NCBI GenBank assembly: GCA_020060385.1
Contig: JAGVAH010000043.1
Location: forward strand, 24,860 to 88,859
Source: Syntrophobacterales bacterium
GTDB lineage: Bacteria; Desulfobacterota; Desulfobaccia; Desulfobaccales; 0-14-0-80-60-11
Direction of reading: 5' to 3'
Length of the DNA stretch: 64,000 nt
The stretch's first letter is position 1, and each line of letters starts with the position of its first letter. The notes under the pieces are model-generated. The model made no database searches. It saw only the letters and a program-made list of their open reading frames with translations, and was not told the DNA's origin. Positions 26,093 to 36,681 of this stretch are shown here, piece by piece. The position numbers and the translations under genes were made by a program.

Positions 26093-27364
26093 ATGACCAT
26101 GAATGAAGAGATGAATAAAAAAGCCGTGGGGGAAGAAGAATTTCATCCCCTGGACTACCTGATTATCTTGGCCAAATATAGCCGCTTGATAATTTTTGTC
26201 AGTGCGGCTGTAATGATATTGGCTTATTTATATATGTTTTCTCTCCCCAATAAATATAAAGCTACGGCGCGTTTGCTCCCACCCCAACAGAACATGACCA
26301 TGAGCGGACAGATACTGGAAAGCCTGGGTGGGGGAGGAGATCTTGGCGAAAGAGGGGGGGGGCTTGGGGGTCTAGCGAGTAGTATAATGGGGTTCAAGTC
26401 TCCTGCTGATTTGTATGTAGGCATGTTAAAAAGCGATACGGTATTTGACAGCATCATTGATAAATTTAACTTAAAACAGGTCTACCGAGCAAAATACCGT
26501 GAAACTGCCCGAAAGTCCTTGGAGAAAAACACCCAGATTAATTCCGGTAGGAAAGATGGCATCATTTCTGTGGAGGTCACCAGCAATAAGCCGGAGCGTG
26601 CCGCTGAGATGGCCAACGCTTTTATTGATGAACTAGATAAGTTATTGCAAAGATTATCTCATCAGGAGGCCAAAGAGAGGCTAGTATTCCTGGAGAATGA
26701 GCGGCTTAAGGCTAGCAAGGCCCTCCATAAAGCGGAAGAATCTTTGCGCCACTACAGTGAAAAGAACAGCGTACTGCAAATAGATACGCAAACCAAGGGT
26801 GTCTTGGAGTATATCGCCAGGCTGCGTGCTGAGATCGATGCTAAAGAAGTGGGCATACAAGTCCTGCGGCAACAAGCCACCCCTTCCAACTTTGACGTAG
26901 TCCGCATGGAAACGGAAGTCAAAGGGTTAAGAGAAAAGCTGCGCACGGCTGAGTCCCAATACGATAACTGCGTTTCTGACGTCTGTGTGCCCACCAGCAA
27001 GGCCCCTGCTTTGGCATTGGAATATGTCCGTCTCTATCGGGAGGCCAAGTTTCAGGAGGGGCTTTACACACTTTATCTGAAGCTGGTGGAAATCGCCAGA
27101 TTAGATATGGTTCGGGATAATGCGATAATTAAGGTGGTTGATTATGCCAAACCACCGGAAGTAAGATCCAATACACGGTTATTTCCTGCAATGTTTGTGG
27201 GAATATTAATGTTCTTTATTATGATCATATTTGTATTGGCCTCAGATCATATAAAGAATAGTGGGATTGATTTGAATCGACTCGCGAAGTTAAAGGAATC
27301 CTTAACTCCTTGGAGCGATATGTTGAGTCGATTCAAAAAGAGAACATATGGTAAGGGAATGTAG
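26093..27364 (+). CDS. polysaccharide chain-length determinant (Wzz/PCP family, no kinase domain)
   Basis: 423 aa. Wzz N-terminal motif region (PLDYLIILAKYSRLI, TM1, YKATARLLPP), a long coiled-coil periplasmic part and a C-terminal TM segment. Confidence 0.8.
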   Translation: MTMNEEMNKKAVGEEEFHPLDYLIILAKYSRLIIFVSAAVMILAYLYMFSLPNKYKATARLLPPQQNMTMSGQILESLGGGGDLGERGGGLGGLASSIMGFKSPADLYVGMLKSDTVFDSIIDKFNLKQVYRAKYRETARKSLEKNTQINSGRKDGIISVEVTSNKPERAAEMANAFIDELDKLLQRLSHQEAKERLVFLENERLKASKALHKAEESLRHYSEKNSVLQIDTQTKGVLEYIARLRAEIDAKEVGIQVLRQQATPSNFDVVRMETEVKGLREKLRTAESQYDNCVSDVCVPTSKAPALALEYVRLYREAKFQEGLYTLYLKLVEIARLDMVRDNAIIKVVDYAKPPEVRSNTRLFPAMFVGILMFFIMIIFVLASDHIKNSGIDLNRLAKLKESLTPWSDMLSRFKKRTYGKGM

Positions 27365-27435
27365 GGAGTGAAAGCCGTAAATATATCTAAGTAGTGGTGC
27401 TGGATTGGCGTGAGTTATAAAGAGGTTAAAACGGT

Positions 27436-29460
27436 ATGATTACTCAATTTAGGAATTACCGATTTTACATCGTCCTGACAGCGGATATCGTTATTTTTGT
27501 CATGGCGATCTTTATTGCCTACTTGCTCCGCTTTGATTTTATGCTGACTCCGCTTTATCGTCATCAGATATTGCAGCTTTTGCCTTTTCTAATTCCCGGC
27601 AAAGTCATCATCTTTTTTCTTTTAAACTCGTACAGGGGCATGTGGCGCTATACCACCTTAAATGATTTGTGGTGGCTGGCGCAGGCCAGCTTGGCAGCTA
27701 TGATTCTTTTCCTGATCTCTGTCTCCTTGCTTTTTCCTTCCCAGGGTTTTCCCCGTTCCGTAATTCTGATCGATGGCCTCCTAACTTTTATCATGAGTAG
27801 CACCCTACGGCTGGGTATTCGTTTCCTCTATACCTACCGCAATACACCCAATTGGCTGCCTTTTGGGCTTTCAAGAAGCAACGGGCTCAAATCTGCAACG
27901 AAATCCATTATGATAGTGGGTGCAGGGGCCGCCGGAGAAAAGATGTATCTGGAAATTTTAGAAAATCAGCGGCTCAACTACCATGTGATCGGTTTCCTCG
28001 ATGATGACCGCTCCAAATGGGGACGCAGTCTTCACCGCTTGAAAGTGTTTGGGAGCATAGAGATGCTCCCAAACATCATTAAACTGAAAAAAGTGGATGA
28101 AGTTCTAATTGCCATTCCGTCGGCCACTGGCGAGCAGATGCGGCGCATCACCCATATATGTAAAAGTTGCAATGTACCCTACCGGACTTTGCCGGAAATC
28201 GGCGCCATCATCGATGGCAAAGTGAGTATTAAGAATCTGCGGGATGTGCGCTATGAAGATCTGCTGCGGCGACTGCCGGTAAATCTGGACAACCAGAATA
28301 TCAGCACGTATCTGCGGGATAAGCGAGTGCTGATTACAGGCGCCGGGGGGTCCATAGGTTCGGAACTGTGCCGACAGGTCATTCGCTTCCGCCCTGCGGA
28401 ACTGATTATGGTGGACATTAGCGAGGCCAACCTCTTTAGCATCCAGATGGAACTGCGGCACGAGTTAAATTTTAATCATTACCATTGCCTCCTGGGCCGG
28501 GTGCAGAATCGATCGCTGATGGAAAGAGCCTTTAACCAATATCAACCCCAGGTCGTTTTCCATGCTTCGGCTTACAAGCATGTGCCTTTGCTGGAAAAAA
28601 ACCCCTGGGAGGCCATTTTTAATAATGTCCTGTCCAGTCGCACGGTGATGGATCTATCCCTGAAGTATGGAGTGGAGCGGTTTGTCCTGGTCTCCACGGA
28701 TAAGGCGGTTCGTCCCACAAATGTCATGGGAGCCAGCAAGCGGGTGGCAGAGCTGATCATGCAGTCACGGCAGGGCAAAAATACCCGATTCATGGCGGTA
28801 CGCTTCGGCAACGTCATCGGTTCCTCCGGGTCAGTGCTGCCCCTTTTCCGGCGACAGCTCGAAAAGGGAGGACCTATTACAGTGACCCATCCACAAGTGA
28901 CCCGTTATTTTATGACCATTTCCGAGGCGGCGCAGCTTATTCTGCAGGCAGGAAGTATTGGGGAAGGTGGAGAAATATTTATCCTGGAAATGGGAACTCC
29001 GGTTAAGATCGTGAAAATGGCCGAGGAATTGGTGCGGCTTTCCGGCAAGGAGCCGGGGAAAGATGTAGAAATCGTCTTTACTGGCTTGCGGGCCGGAGAG
29101 AAACTTTACGAAGAGCTTATTACCCAAGGTGAAGGCATTGTTGCCACTGGGCATGAAAAAATTATGGTGCTCCGCACCAATGGTTGGAACGGCAGGAAAA
29201 GCCAGAAGGATTTTTACCAATGGCTCAATGGAGCTGTGGAAGCCCTCATCCAGGTCGCGGATAAGCAAGATGCCAACGCCATCAAAGGCAAACTCAGCGA
29301 AATAGTCCCTGAGTATGTACCGCAACAGGATGTCAGGTGCATCTTGGAGGCCAGTCCTGCACAGACAAGGGGGGAGCGGTCCCTGTCAATCAACCGTCAA
29401 TTCCGAGAGTCATCTGCCAATAATGCCCCACGATCTGGGGCAATCAAAAAAGTGTATTAG
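27436..29460 (+). CDS. membrane-bound UDP-N-acetylglucosamine 4,6-dehydratase (CapD/WbpM/PglF family)
   Basis: 674 aa. Four N-terminal TM segments, a Rossmann motif VLITGAGGSIGSEL, and SAYKHVP / STDKAV catalytic region. Confidence 0.9.
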   Translation: MITQFRNYRFYIVLTADIVIFVMAIFIAYLLRFDFMLTPLYRHQILQLLPFLIPGKVIIFFLLNSYRGMWRYTTLNDLWWLAQASLAAMILFLISVSLLFPSQGFPRSVILIDGLLTFIMSSTLRLGIRFLYTYRNTPNWLPFGLSRSNGLKSATKSIMIVGAGAAGEKMYLEILENQRLNYHVIGFLDDDRSKWGRSLHRLKVFGSIEMLPNIIKLKKVDEVLIAIPSATGEQMRRITHICKSCNVPYRTLPEIGAIIDGKVSIKNLRDVRYEDLLRRLPVNLDNQNISTYLRDKRVLITGAGGSIGSELCRQVIRFRPAELIMVDISEANLFSIQMELRHELNFNHYHCLLGRVQNRSLMERAFNQYQPQVVFHASAYKHVPLLEKNPWEAIFNNVLSSRTVMDLSLKYGVERFVLVSTDKAVRPTNVMGASKRVAELIMQSRQGKNTRFMAVRFGNVIGSSGSVLPLFRRQLEKGGPITVTHPQVTRYFMTISEAAQLILQAGSIGEGGEIFILEMGTPVKIVKMAEELVRLSGKEPGKDVEIVFTGLRAGEKLYEELITQGEGIVATGHEKIMVLRTNGWNGRKSQKDFYQWLNGAVEALIQVADKQDANAIKGKLSEIVPEYVPQQDVRCILEASPAQTRGERSLSINRQFRESSANNAPRSGAIKKVY

Positions 29461-29620
29461 CTCTGAAGCCGAAATTAAATCACCAAGAAAATCTAAGGTA
29501 GTGAAGGACATTGACTGTAGGATTTTGGGTTGGTTCAATCCAATCTTACTTAAACAATAACGCAGCGGATTTAAGCGATGGGATATCTTGACTAAAGACA
29601 TTTTCAGGTGGGAAAAATAA

Positions 29621-30961
29621 ATGGGCGTTAACATGATTGCTGAACTCAGGGACAAGATTCTCTCCAGACGAGCCTGTATCGGCGTTATTGGTCTGGGATA
29701 CGTGGGTTTACCGATAGTTCTGCGTTTCGCTAATAAGGGCTTTCGCGTCTTGGGATTTGATGTGGATCCGGAAAAGGTGGAAGCACTCAACGCCGGCCGT
29801 TCATATATCAAGCACATCCCGGGCACGGAGATTGCCGCCATCGGGTCGTTAGGCAATGACGGCGCTGGCTTTGTGGCGACCACGGACTTTAGCCGCTTGG
29901 CAGAACCCGACGCCATGCTGGTATGCGTCCCCACTCCTTTGAACCGGCACCGGGAGCCAGACCTGCGCTACGTCGAGCAGACGACTCGGGATATAGCCAC
30001 CATCCTACATCCCGGCCAGCTGATTTCCCTGGAATCCACCACCTATCCAGGCACCACCGATGAGGTCATGCTGCCGTTGCTGGCCCAAAACGGCCTCCAG
30101 GTTGGAGAGGACTTCTTCCTGGTTTACTCCCCGGAGAGAGAAGATCCAGGAAATCCGGTATACCAGGTGCATAACATTCCCAAAGTAGTGGGAGGCGTTA
30201 CTGAAAACTGTCGCAATTTGGGAGAAATACTTTACCGGCAGATCATAGAAACGGTTATTCCGGTATCCTCCACCAAGGTGGCCGAGATGACCAAGCTTCT
30301 GGAAAACATCTATCGCGCGGTTAACATCGCCCTGGTGAATGAACTGAAGATACTCTGCCAGCGGATGGATATCGACCTCCATGAAGTTATTAATGCCGCC
30401 AAGTCAAAGCCCTTCGGCTTTCAGGCGTTTTACCCTGGACCAGGTTTGGGGGGACACTGTATTCCCATTGATCCTTTTTATCTAACCTGGAAGGCCCGGG
30501 AATACGATTTCAGCACCCGCTTCATTGAGCTAGCGGGGGAGATCAACACCTATATGCCTTATTATGTAGTGGAGAGGGCGGTCCAGGGACTGAACGGGAT
30601 GGAAGGCAAGTCTATCAAAGGCGCCAAAGTTCTCATAGTGGGAGTGGCTTACAAAAAAGATGTGGATGACTTGCGGGAATCCCCCAGCCTGAAATTGATT
30701 GAACTCTTGCAGCAGCGGGGCGCCAGGGTGGATTACCATGATCCCTATATTCCGGTCTTGCCCCGCACCCGGCGTCACCACTTCGATTTGCATTCGGTGC
30801 CTCTCACTCCGGAGAACCTGGCCGCCCATGATCTGGTGATCATTGCCACCGATCATTCCTGCCTGGATTACCAGCAGATAATCACCCATGCCCCTCTAGT
30901 GGTGGATACGCGTCATGCAATCAATGGGGAAGTGAACTCAAACAAATTAATAAGGGCATAA
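29621..30961 (+). CDS. wbpA: UDP-N-acetyl-D-glucosamine 6-dehydrogenase-type nucleotide-sugar dehydrogenase (WbpA-like)
   Basis: 446 aa. Contains IGVIGLGYVGLP and GLGGHCIPIDP (catalytic Cys). It is adjacent to WbpB/D/E-like genes. Confidence 0.8.
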   Translation: MGVNMIAELRDKILSRRACIGVIGLGYVGLPIVLRFANKGFRVLGFDVDPEKVEALNAGRSYIKHIPGTEIAAIGSLGNDGAGFVATTDFSRLAEPDAMLVCVPTPLNRHREPDLRYVEQTTRDIATILHPGQLISLESTTYPGTTDEVMLPLLAQNGLQVGEDFFLVYSPEREDPGNPVYQVHNIPKVVGGVTENCRNLGEILYRQIIETVIPVSSTKVAEMTKLLENIYRAVNIALVNELKILCQRMDIDLHEVINAAKSKPFGFQAFYPGPGLGGHCIPIDPFYLTWKAREYDFSTRFIELAGEINTYMPYYVVERAVQGLNGMEGKSIKGAKVLIVGVAYKKDVDDLRESPSLKLIELLQQRGARVDYHDPYIPVLPRTRRHHFDLHSVPLTPENLAAHDLVIIATDHSCLDYQQIITHAPLVVDTRHAINGEVNSNKLIRA

Positions 30962-30963
30962 GT

Positions 30964-32571
30964 ATGCAAAATTATAAGAAGAATGTCAGGGTAGCCGTGG
31001 TCGGGGCTGGCGCCTGGGGAAAAAATCTGGTGCGAAATTTCGCCCAACTGGGAGCTCTGGCTGCGGTTTGCGATCCCAATCCCCAAGCCTTGGAACTTGC
31101 CTCCCAATTCGGTCCAGGGGTGCGCACTTGCAGCAGCTTTTGGGAAGTGCTGCGGGACCCAGAAATCGATGCCCTGGCCATTGCCACCCCGGCAGCCACC
31201 CATTACTCCGTGACCAAGGAGGCCCTCCTGGCGGGCAAGGATGTCTTTGTGGAAAAGCCCCTGGCCTTGGAAGCGGAGGAAGGCCAGAAATTGGTGCAAC
31301 TGGCCAAGAATCAGGCGCAGATGTTGATGGTGGGGCATATCCTCCAATATCATGCGGCCGTTCTTAAGCTCAAAGAACTGGTGGACTCCGGGGAATTGGG
31401 AAAGATTCAATATATTTATTCCAATCGATTAAATATCGGCAAAATCCGCAGTGAAGAGAATATCTTGTGGAGTTTTGCCCCCCACGATATCTCGGTGATC
31501 CTTTTTCTCTTAGGGGAGATGCCCACCGAAGTCGGCGCTCACGGGGGCTCCTACCTGCAGACCCACGTGGCCGATGTCACCATGACCACTTTCTCTTTTG
31601 CCGACGGAGTCCAGGGTCACATCTTCGTGAGCTGGCTCCATCCTTTCAAGGAGCAGATGCTGGTGGTGGTGGGCGATAAAAAAATGGCCGTTTTCGACGA
31701 TGTTTCCAAAGACCGGAAGCTTGTTCTCTATCCTCACCGCATCGACTGGGTGGAGCGGTTGCCGGTGGCTCGGAAAGCAGAGGGTGAAGTTGTGCCGTTA
31801 GAGGCCGGCGAGCCTCTCAAGTCTGAGTGCGCCCATTTTCTGGATTGCATCCTTACCCGCCAGCAGCCCCGGACAGATGGTGCAGAGGGCCTGCGGGTGC
31901 TCCAGGTGTTGGAGGCTTGCCAGCGCTCCTTGGATCAGAAAGGAACGCCCATCAAACTGGCGGGCCTGGCCTCCCCAGCCCCCGAACTTCCTTATTTTGT
32001 CCATGAAAGTGCGGTGATTGATCAACCCTGTGAAGTTGGCCGGGGCACCAAGATCTGGCATTTCTCCCATATCCTCAAAAATTGCCGGATCGGCGAAAAC
32101 TGTAATATCGGCCAGAATGTAGTTATTGGCCCCGACGTCACCATCGGCGCCGGATGCAAGGTGCAAAATAACGTCTCGGTCTATAAGGGTGTAACCCTGG
32201 AAGACCACGTATTTTGCGGGCCATCCATGGTGTTCACCAATGTTCATAATCCTCGGGCGCATATCCGCCGCATGGACGAAGTCCGGACCACCCTGGTGAA
32301 GACCGGGGCCTCCATCGGCGCTAATGCCACCATCGTCTGCGGCAACACCATCGGCTGCTATGCCTTTGTCGGGGCTGGCGCCGTGGTGACCAGGGATATC
32401 CCGGATTACGCCTTGGTGGTGGGCAATCCCGCCCGGCAACTTGGCTGGATGTGCGCCTGCGGCCACAGGTTAAACGCTGACCTCTGGTGTGAAGCCTGCG
32501 GGGAGCGCTATCAGATGGAGGGAAGCGGCTTGGCGCCGCTTAATGAGACACAAAGAAAGGTTACTCAATGA
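30964..32571 (+). CDS. fusion protein: Gfo/Idh/MocA oxidoreductase (WbpB-like 3-dehydrogenase) plus left-handed beta-helix N-acetyltransferase (WbpD-like)
   Basis: 535 aa. The N-terminal part has VAVVGAGAWGKNLVRNF and EKPLAL. The C-terminal roughly 190 aa carries hexapeptide repeats (IGENCNIGQNVVIGPDVTIGAGCKVQNNVSV...GNPARQLGW). Confidence 0.8.
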   Translation: MQNYKKNVRVAVVGAGAWGKNLVRNFAQLGALAAVCDPNPQALELASQFGPGVRTCSSFWEVLRDPEIDALAIATPAATHYSVTKEALLAGKDVFVEKPLALEAEEGQKLVQLAKNQAQMLMVGHILQYHAAVLKLKELVDSGELGKIQYIYSNRLNIGKIRSEENILWSFAPHDISVILFLLGEMPTEVGAHGGSYLQTHVADVTMTTFSFADGVQGHIFVSWLHPFKEQMLVVVGDKKMAVFDDVSKDRKLVLYPHRIDWVERLPVARKAEGEVVPLEAGEPLKSECAHFLDCILTRQQPRTDGAEGLRVLQVLEACQRSLDQKGTPIKLAGLASPAPELPYFVHESAVIDQPCEVGRGTKIWHFSHILKNCRIGENCNIGQNVVIGPDVTIGAGCKVQNNVSVYKGVTLEDHVFCGPSMVFTNVHNPRAHIRRMDEVRTTLVKTGASIGANATIVCGNTIGCYAFVGAGAVVTRDIPDYALVVGNPARQLGWMCACGHRLNADLWCEACGERYQMEGSGLAPLNETQRKVTQ

Positions 32572-33689
32572 CCATCAATTTTATCGATCTGAAGGCCCAG
32601 CAGCAGGCCATTTATTCCCAGGTAATGGAGAGAATCCAAACGGTCCTGGCCAACGGCCAATACATCATGGGCCCGGAGGTCAAGGAGTTGGAGGCCAGAC
32701 TTGCTTCCTATGTAGGTGCCAGACATGCCATCTCCTGCTCTTCCGGCACCGATGCCCTGCTCATGCCTCTACTAGCTTACGGGGTGGGTCCGGGAGACGC
32801 CATCTTCACCACACCTTTCACCTTTATCGCCTCCGCAGAGGTGATTCAGCTATTGGGGGCCACCCCGGTTTTTGTGGATGTTGATCCGCAAACCTTCAAC
32901 ATCGATCCGGAAGCCCTGGCCGCGGCCATTGCCGGCCTGGGGGGGAGTCCAAAAACTGCCCACCTGAGACCAAGGGGCATCATTCCCGTGGACATCTTCG
33001 GCCAACCGGCAGATTATGATCGAATTAATGACATCGCCAAGGAGCACGGTCTGTTTGTCCTGGAGGACGCGGCCCAATCCTTTGGGGCCAGCTATAAAGG
33101 CAAAAGGGCCTGCGCTCTGGCGGAGGTGGCGGCTACTTCTTTTTTCCCAGCTAAACCCCTGGGTTGTTATGGGGACGGCGGCGCCATTTTTACCGACGAT
33201 GACGAACTGGCGGCAGTCCTCCGTTCCATTCGGGTTCACGGCCAGGGGACCCACAAGTATGACAACGTGCGTATAGGCCTCAACGGCCGCCTGGACACCC
33301 TCCAGGCCGCCATTCTCCTGGTCAAGCTGGACATCTTCGACCAGGAAGTAGCGGCCCGCCAAGTGGTAGCCCAGCGTTATAGTGAAAGCCTCAAAGAGGT
33401 GGTTAAGGTCCCCTTTGTGGCCCCGGAATGCACCTCGGTCTGGGCCCAGTATTCCGTCTTGACTGACCACAGGGAGGAATTGCAGGCCAAACTGAAGGCC
33501 GCCGGGATCCCCACGGCTATTTACTATCCTCTGCCCCTGCACCTGCAGCAGGCATTCACCTCTCTTGGTTACCAGAAAGGGGATTTCCCCGTGAGTGAAA
33601 GCCTGGCGGAACGCATTTTTAGCCTACCGATGCATCCCTATTTGCAGCGGCAGGATCAAGAAAAGATTGCCGCAGTTTTAGGGGGCTAA
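32568..33689 (+). CDS. wbpE: DegT/DnrJ/EryC1-family PLP aminotransferase (WbpE-like)
   Basis: 373 aa with the DegT-family pattern (SGTDALLMPL, ATSFFPAKPLGCYGDGGA). Its start overlaps the upstream stop (ATGA). Confidence 0.85.
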   Translation: MTINFIDLKAQQQAIYSQVMERIQTVLANGQYIMGPEVKELEARLASYVGARHAISCSSGTDALLMPLLAYGVGPGDAIFTTPFTFIASAEVIQLLGATPVFVDVDPQTFNIDPEALAAAIAGLGGSPKTAHLRPRGIIPVDIFGQPADYDRINDIAKEHGLFVLEDAAQSFGASYKGKRACALAEVAATSFFPAKPLGCYGDGGAIFTDDDELAAVLRSIRVHGQGTHKYDNVRIGLNGRLDTLQAAILLVKLDIFDQEVAARQVVAQRYSESLKEVVKVPFVAPECTSVWAQYSVLTDHREELQAKLKAAGIPTAIYYPLPLHLQQAFTSLGYQKGDFPVSESLAERIFSLPMHPYLQRQDQEKIAAVLGG

Positions 33690-33827
33690 GGCCAAAGGAG
33701 TGGCAGTTAGATGACCGCAAATCTAGGCTGGGATCAGATCAAGGAACCAGGCATGGGTAAGGGCCCGGGATTGCCGATAAACAGGGACTTTTTTAATCAC
33801 CGGGGTTTATATTAGCTGCTATTAGCA

Positions 33828-35351
33828 GTGTCCAATATGAAAAAGATTGGTTTTCTAAGGGAGCGATTGACTCACCTTTCTGGCAGCAAAGCAGGGAGTT
33901 TTGCAGGGGATGTTTTGAAACTTGTTTCAGGTACCACTTTTGCACAAGTTTTCGCCATTCTTGTCGCGCCTTTTTTAACTCGCCTGTATGCACCTGCGTC
34001 CTTTGGCGTTTTTGCGATTTTTCTGTCCATCACCAGTATCATTACGGTGACGGCCTGCATGCGGTATGAGTTGTCCATCATGCTGCCGGAGACTGACGCC
34101 GAAGCGGCGAATTTGCTGGGCGGGTGTCTGGGATTGGTCGTGGTAATTTCCGCCCTAACCATTCCCTTGATTCTTATGGGACGCGGGCCACTGCTCCATT
34201 ATTTGAATTCACCGGAACTCGGGCCTTATCTATGGATGGTTACCCCCTTAGTGTTTGTGGGCGGGGTTCTCTTGGCCCTAAACTATTGGAATTCGCGCAC
34301 CAAGCATTTCGGCAGGTTATCCATTTGCCGGATGATTAGCTCCGTATCCACCGGTTCCGCTCAAGTTGGTTCAGGCTATGCGGGCTTGGCCACCGGAGGA
34401 AGCCTTATCGGTGCGAGCCTGTTCGGCCAGACCCTGGCAACGGCGGTGTTAGGTAGGCAGGTATGGCGGGATCATGGAGAGCTCCTGAGAAAAAGTGTTA
34501 GTTTTAGGGGGATCCTTCAAGGACTCTGGCGGTTTCGTAAGTTTCCCCTAATGGATCTTGGGGGTGCTCTTCTCAATAATGTCTCATGGCAATTGCCGGC
34601 GCTATTCCTGGCTTTTTTCTTTTCGAATACGATAGTTGGGTTTTACGCCCTGGCAGATCGGGTCATCAAATTGCCCATGTCATTGGTGGGAGCGGCCATA
34701 TCCCAGGTTTTTTATCAAAGGGCCTCGGAGGTAAGAGGCGATCGCCCGAAACTGGCGGAGGTGGTGCAAGGGGTCTTTCGGAGATTGGTGGCCTTGGCGA
34801 TGTTTCCGGCCCTGCTTTTGACTTTCCTGGGGCGGGATTTCTTCGAAGTTGTGTTTGGCAATCAATGGTCGGAAGCAGGGATATTTGTCCAGATTCTCGG
34901 GCTCTGGATGTTTTTCTGGTTCATCTCTTCTCCACTGAGTACCATTTTCGCGGTCTTGGAACGACAAGAGCTTGCCCTGGTCGTCAATCTGGCCATTTTC
35001 GGCACCCGCATTGCCTCTCTGCTGGTGGGGGGGATGTTAAAAAGTGTTTATCTCTGCCTGGTTCTCTTTGCCGGTTCAGGAATAATTGTTTACGGCGGGT
35101 ACGCTTTATGGAACCTCACGTTGGCGGGTGTGCGACTGAGGGCCTCGGCTTTGATTCTGGGCCAATATATCATCTACTCCATTCCAGGAATTGCTCTTTT
35201 GATTCTGCTGAAAAGGCTCTCTCTCGCCCCTGTCTGGCTAACGCTCCTGGCCGGCGTCGAACTGCTGGTCTATTACCTGCTGATCCTCCGCCATGAGCCA
35301 GAGGTATGGCAATCCCTGCGAACATTTGCAGGCGCTAATGCGAAAAATTGA
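33828..35351 (+). CDS. MOP-superfamily oligosaccharide flippase (Wzx-like) no. 1
   Basis: 507 aa with about 12-14 predicted TM helices. The N-terminus is typical of polysaccharide biosynthesis proteins (KLVSGTTFAQVFAILVAPFLTRLYAP). Confidence 0.7.
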   Translation: MSNMKKIGFLRERLTHLSGSKAGSFAGDVLKLVSGTTFAQVFAILVAPFLTRLYAPASFGVFAIFLSITSIITVTACMRYELSIMLPETDAEAANLLGGCLGLVVVISALTIPLILMGRGPLLHYLNSPELGPYLWMVTPLVFVGGVLLALNYWNSRTKHFGRLSICRMISSVSTGSAQVGSGYAGLATGGSLIGASLFGQTLATAVLGRQVWRDHGELLRKSVSFRGILQGLWRFRKFPLMDLGGALLNNVSWQLPALFLAFFFSNTIVGFYALADRVIKLPMSLVGAAISQVFYQRASEVRGDRPKLAEVVQGVFRRLVALAMFPALLLTFLGRDFFEVVFGNQWSEAGIFVQILGLWMFFWFISSPLSTIFAVLERQELALVVNLAIFGTRIASLLVGGMLKSVYLCLVLFAGSGIIVYGGYALWNLTLAGVRLRASALILGQYIIYSIPGIALLILLKRLSLAPVWLTLLAGVELLVYYLLILRHEPEVWQSLRTFAGANAKN

Positions 35352-35416
35352 AGCCAATAAGGGATAATGCGCAGTAACGATATGAGATCAATTTTTTTTT
35401 CCCTTTGAAATGAATT

Positions 35417-36496
35417 ATGAAAATCTTGACGATCGTCGGGGCTCGGCCTCAATTTATCAAGGCTGCGCCGGTCTGCCAGGAGTTGAAGGCCCGGGGTTAC
35501 AGTGAATATCTGGTGCATACCGGCCAGCACTATGATTATGAAATGTCCCAGGCATTCTTTGAAGAACTGAACATCAAGCCTCCAGATATCAACCTGGGAG
35601 TGGGTTCCGGTTCCCATGCAAAGCAGACCGGAGAAATGCTTATCGGGATAGAAGAAGCAATTAAGCGGCAGCATCCAGACTGGGTGTTGGTTTACGGCGA
35701 CACCAACTCCACCCAGGCTGGAGCGCTGGCTGCCGCCAAGATCCCTGTGCCAATCGCCCATATTGAAGCCGGCCTCCGCAGTTTTAATCGGTCCATGCCG
35801 GAAGAGATTAATCGTATTGTGGTGGACCATATCTCTGATCTGCTCCTGTGTCCCAGTGAAATTGCCGTGCGCAACCTGGCTGCCGAAGGGATTACCCGGG
35901 GCGTCCATATGGTTGGAGATGTGATGCATGACGCGCTCAGGTGGGCCGTTGCCTGTGCCCAAAAAAAGTCGAACATCTTAGAAGAACTTGGGTTGCAAAC
36001 CGGCGCCTACTTGCTGGCGACGATCCATCGCGCCGGAAATACGGATAATCCTGAGCGATTGCGTCGGATTCTGACGGCCCTAGGGCAACTCGCCCAGAGG
36101 GAACCGGTGGTGTTCCCGGTGCACCCCCGCACCCGCAACATGATCGACTCGCTTGGATTTGAGTCGAAATTTCCTGGAGTTCGCTTCCTTCCTCCCTGCA
36201 GCTATATAAACATGGTCAGGTTGGAACAATCGGCCCGAGTGATTCTCACTGATTCCGGGGGCATCCAGAAAGAGGCCTATTGGTTGAGTGTGCCCTGTGT
36301 GACCCTGAGGGAGGAAACGGAATGGGTGGAGACGGTGGAGACTGGCTGGAATCAAGTTGTTGGGACTGACACCGGAAGAATCATTAAAGCCGCTCTCCAT
36401 TTGCCCCAACCAGAGGCCCACCCGTTATTGTATGGAGACGGGCAGGCAGCTTCCCGCTGTGTCGAGGCTTTAGCCAATGGTCGATCCTTTGTCTGA
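35417..36496 (+). CDS. wbpI: UDP-N-acetylglucosamine(uronate) 2-epimerase, non-hydrolysing (WecB/WbpI family)
   Basis: 359 aa. Contains MKILTIVGARPQFIKAAPV, HTGQHYD and DSGGIQKEA. Confidence 0.9.
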   Translation: MKILTIVGARPQFIKAAPVCQELKARGYSEYLVHTGQHYDYEMSQAFFEELNIKPPDINLGVGSGSHAKQTGEMLIGIEEAIKRQHPDWVLVYGDTNSTQAGALAAAKIPVPIAHIEAGLRSFNRSMPEEINRIVVDHISDLLLCPSEIAVRNLAAEGITRGVHMVGDVMHDALRWAVACAQKKSNILEELGLQTGAYLLATIHRAGNTDNPERLRRILTALGQLAQREPVVFPVHPRTRNMIDSLGFESKFPGVRFLPPCSYINMVRLEQSARVILTDSGGIQKEAYWLSVPCVTLREETEWVETVETGWNQVVGTDTGRIIKAALHLPQPEAHPLLYGDGQAASRCVEALANGRSFV

Positions 36497-36681
36497 GAAG
36501 GAACAAAGAGAGCCGGAACGATTAGCTGCTGATTCGGCATCAGCGGGGGGGAGGATGCGGCCCGGCGATCTCCTCATGGGGAACCGTCCCATCGGGTTGC
36601 ATCCACACAAGGGACGATGAGCAGCAAAATAAAGGCTATTGTCGTTAGCGTTCCCAGCAACGCCTAGCAAGGAGAATAGGC

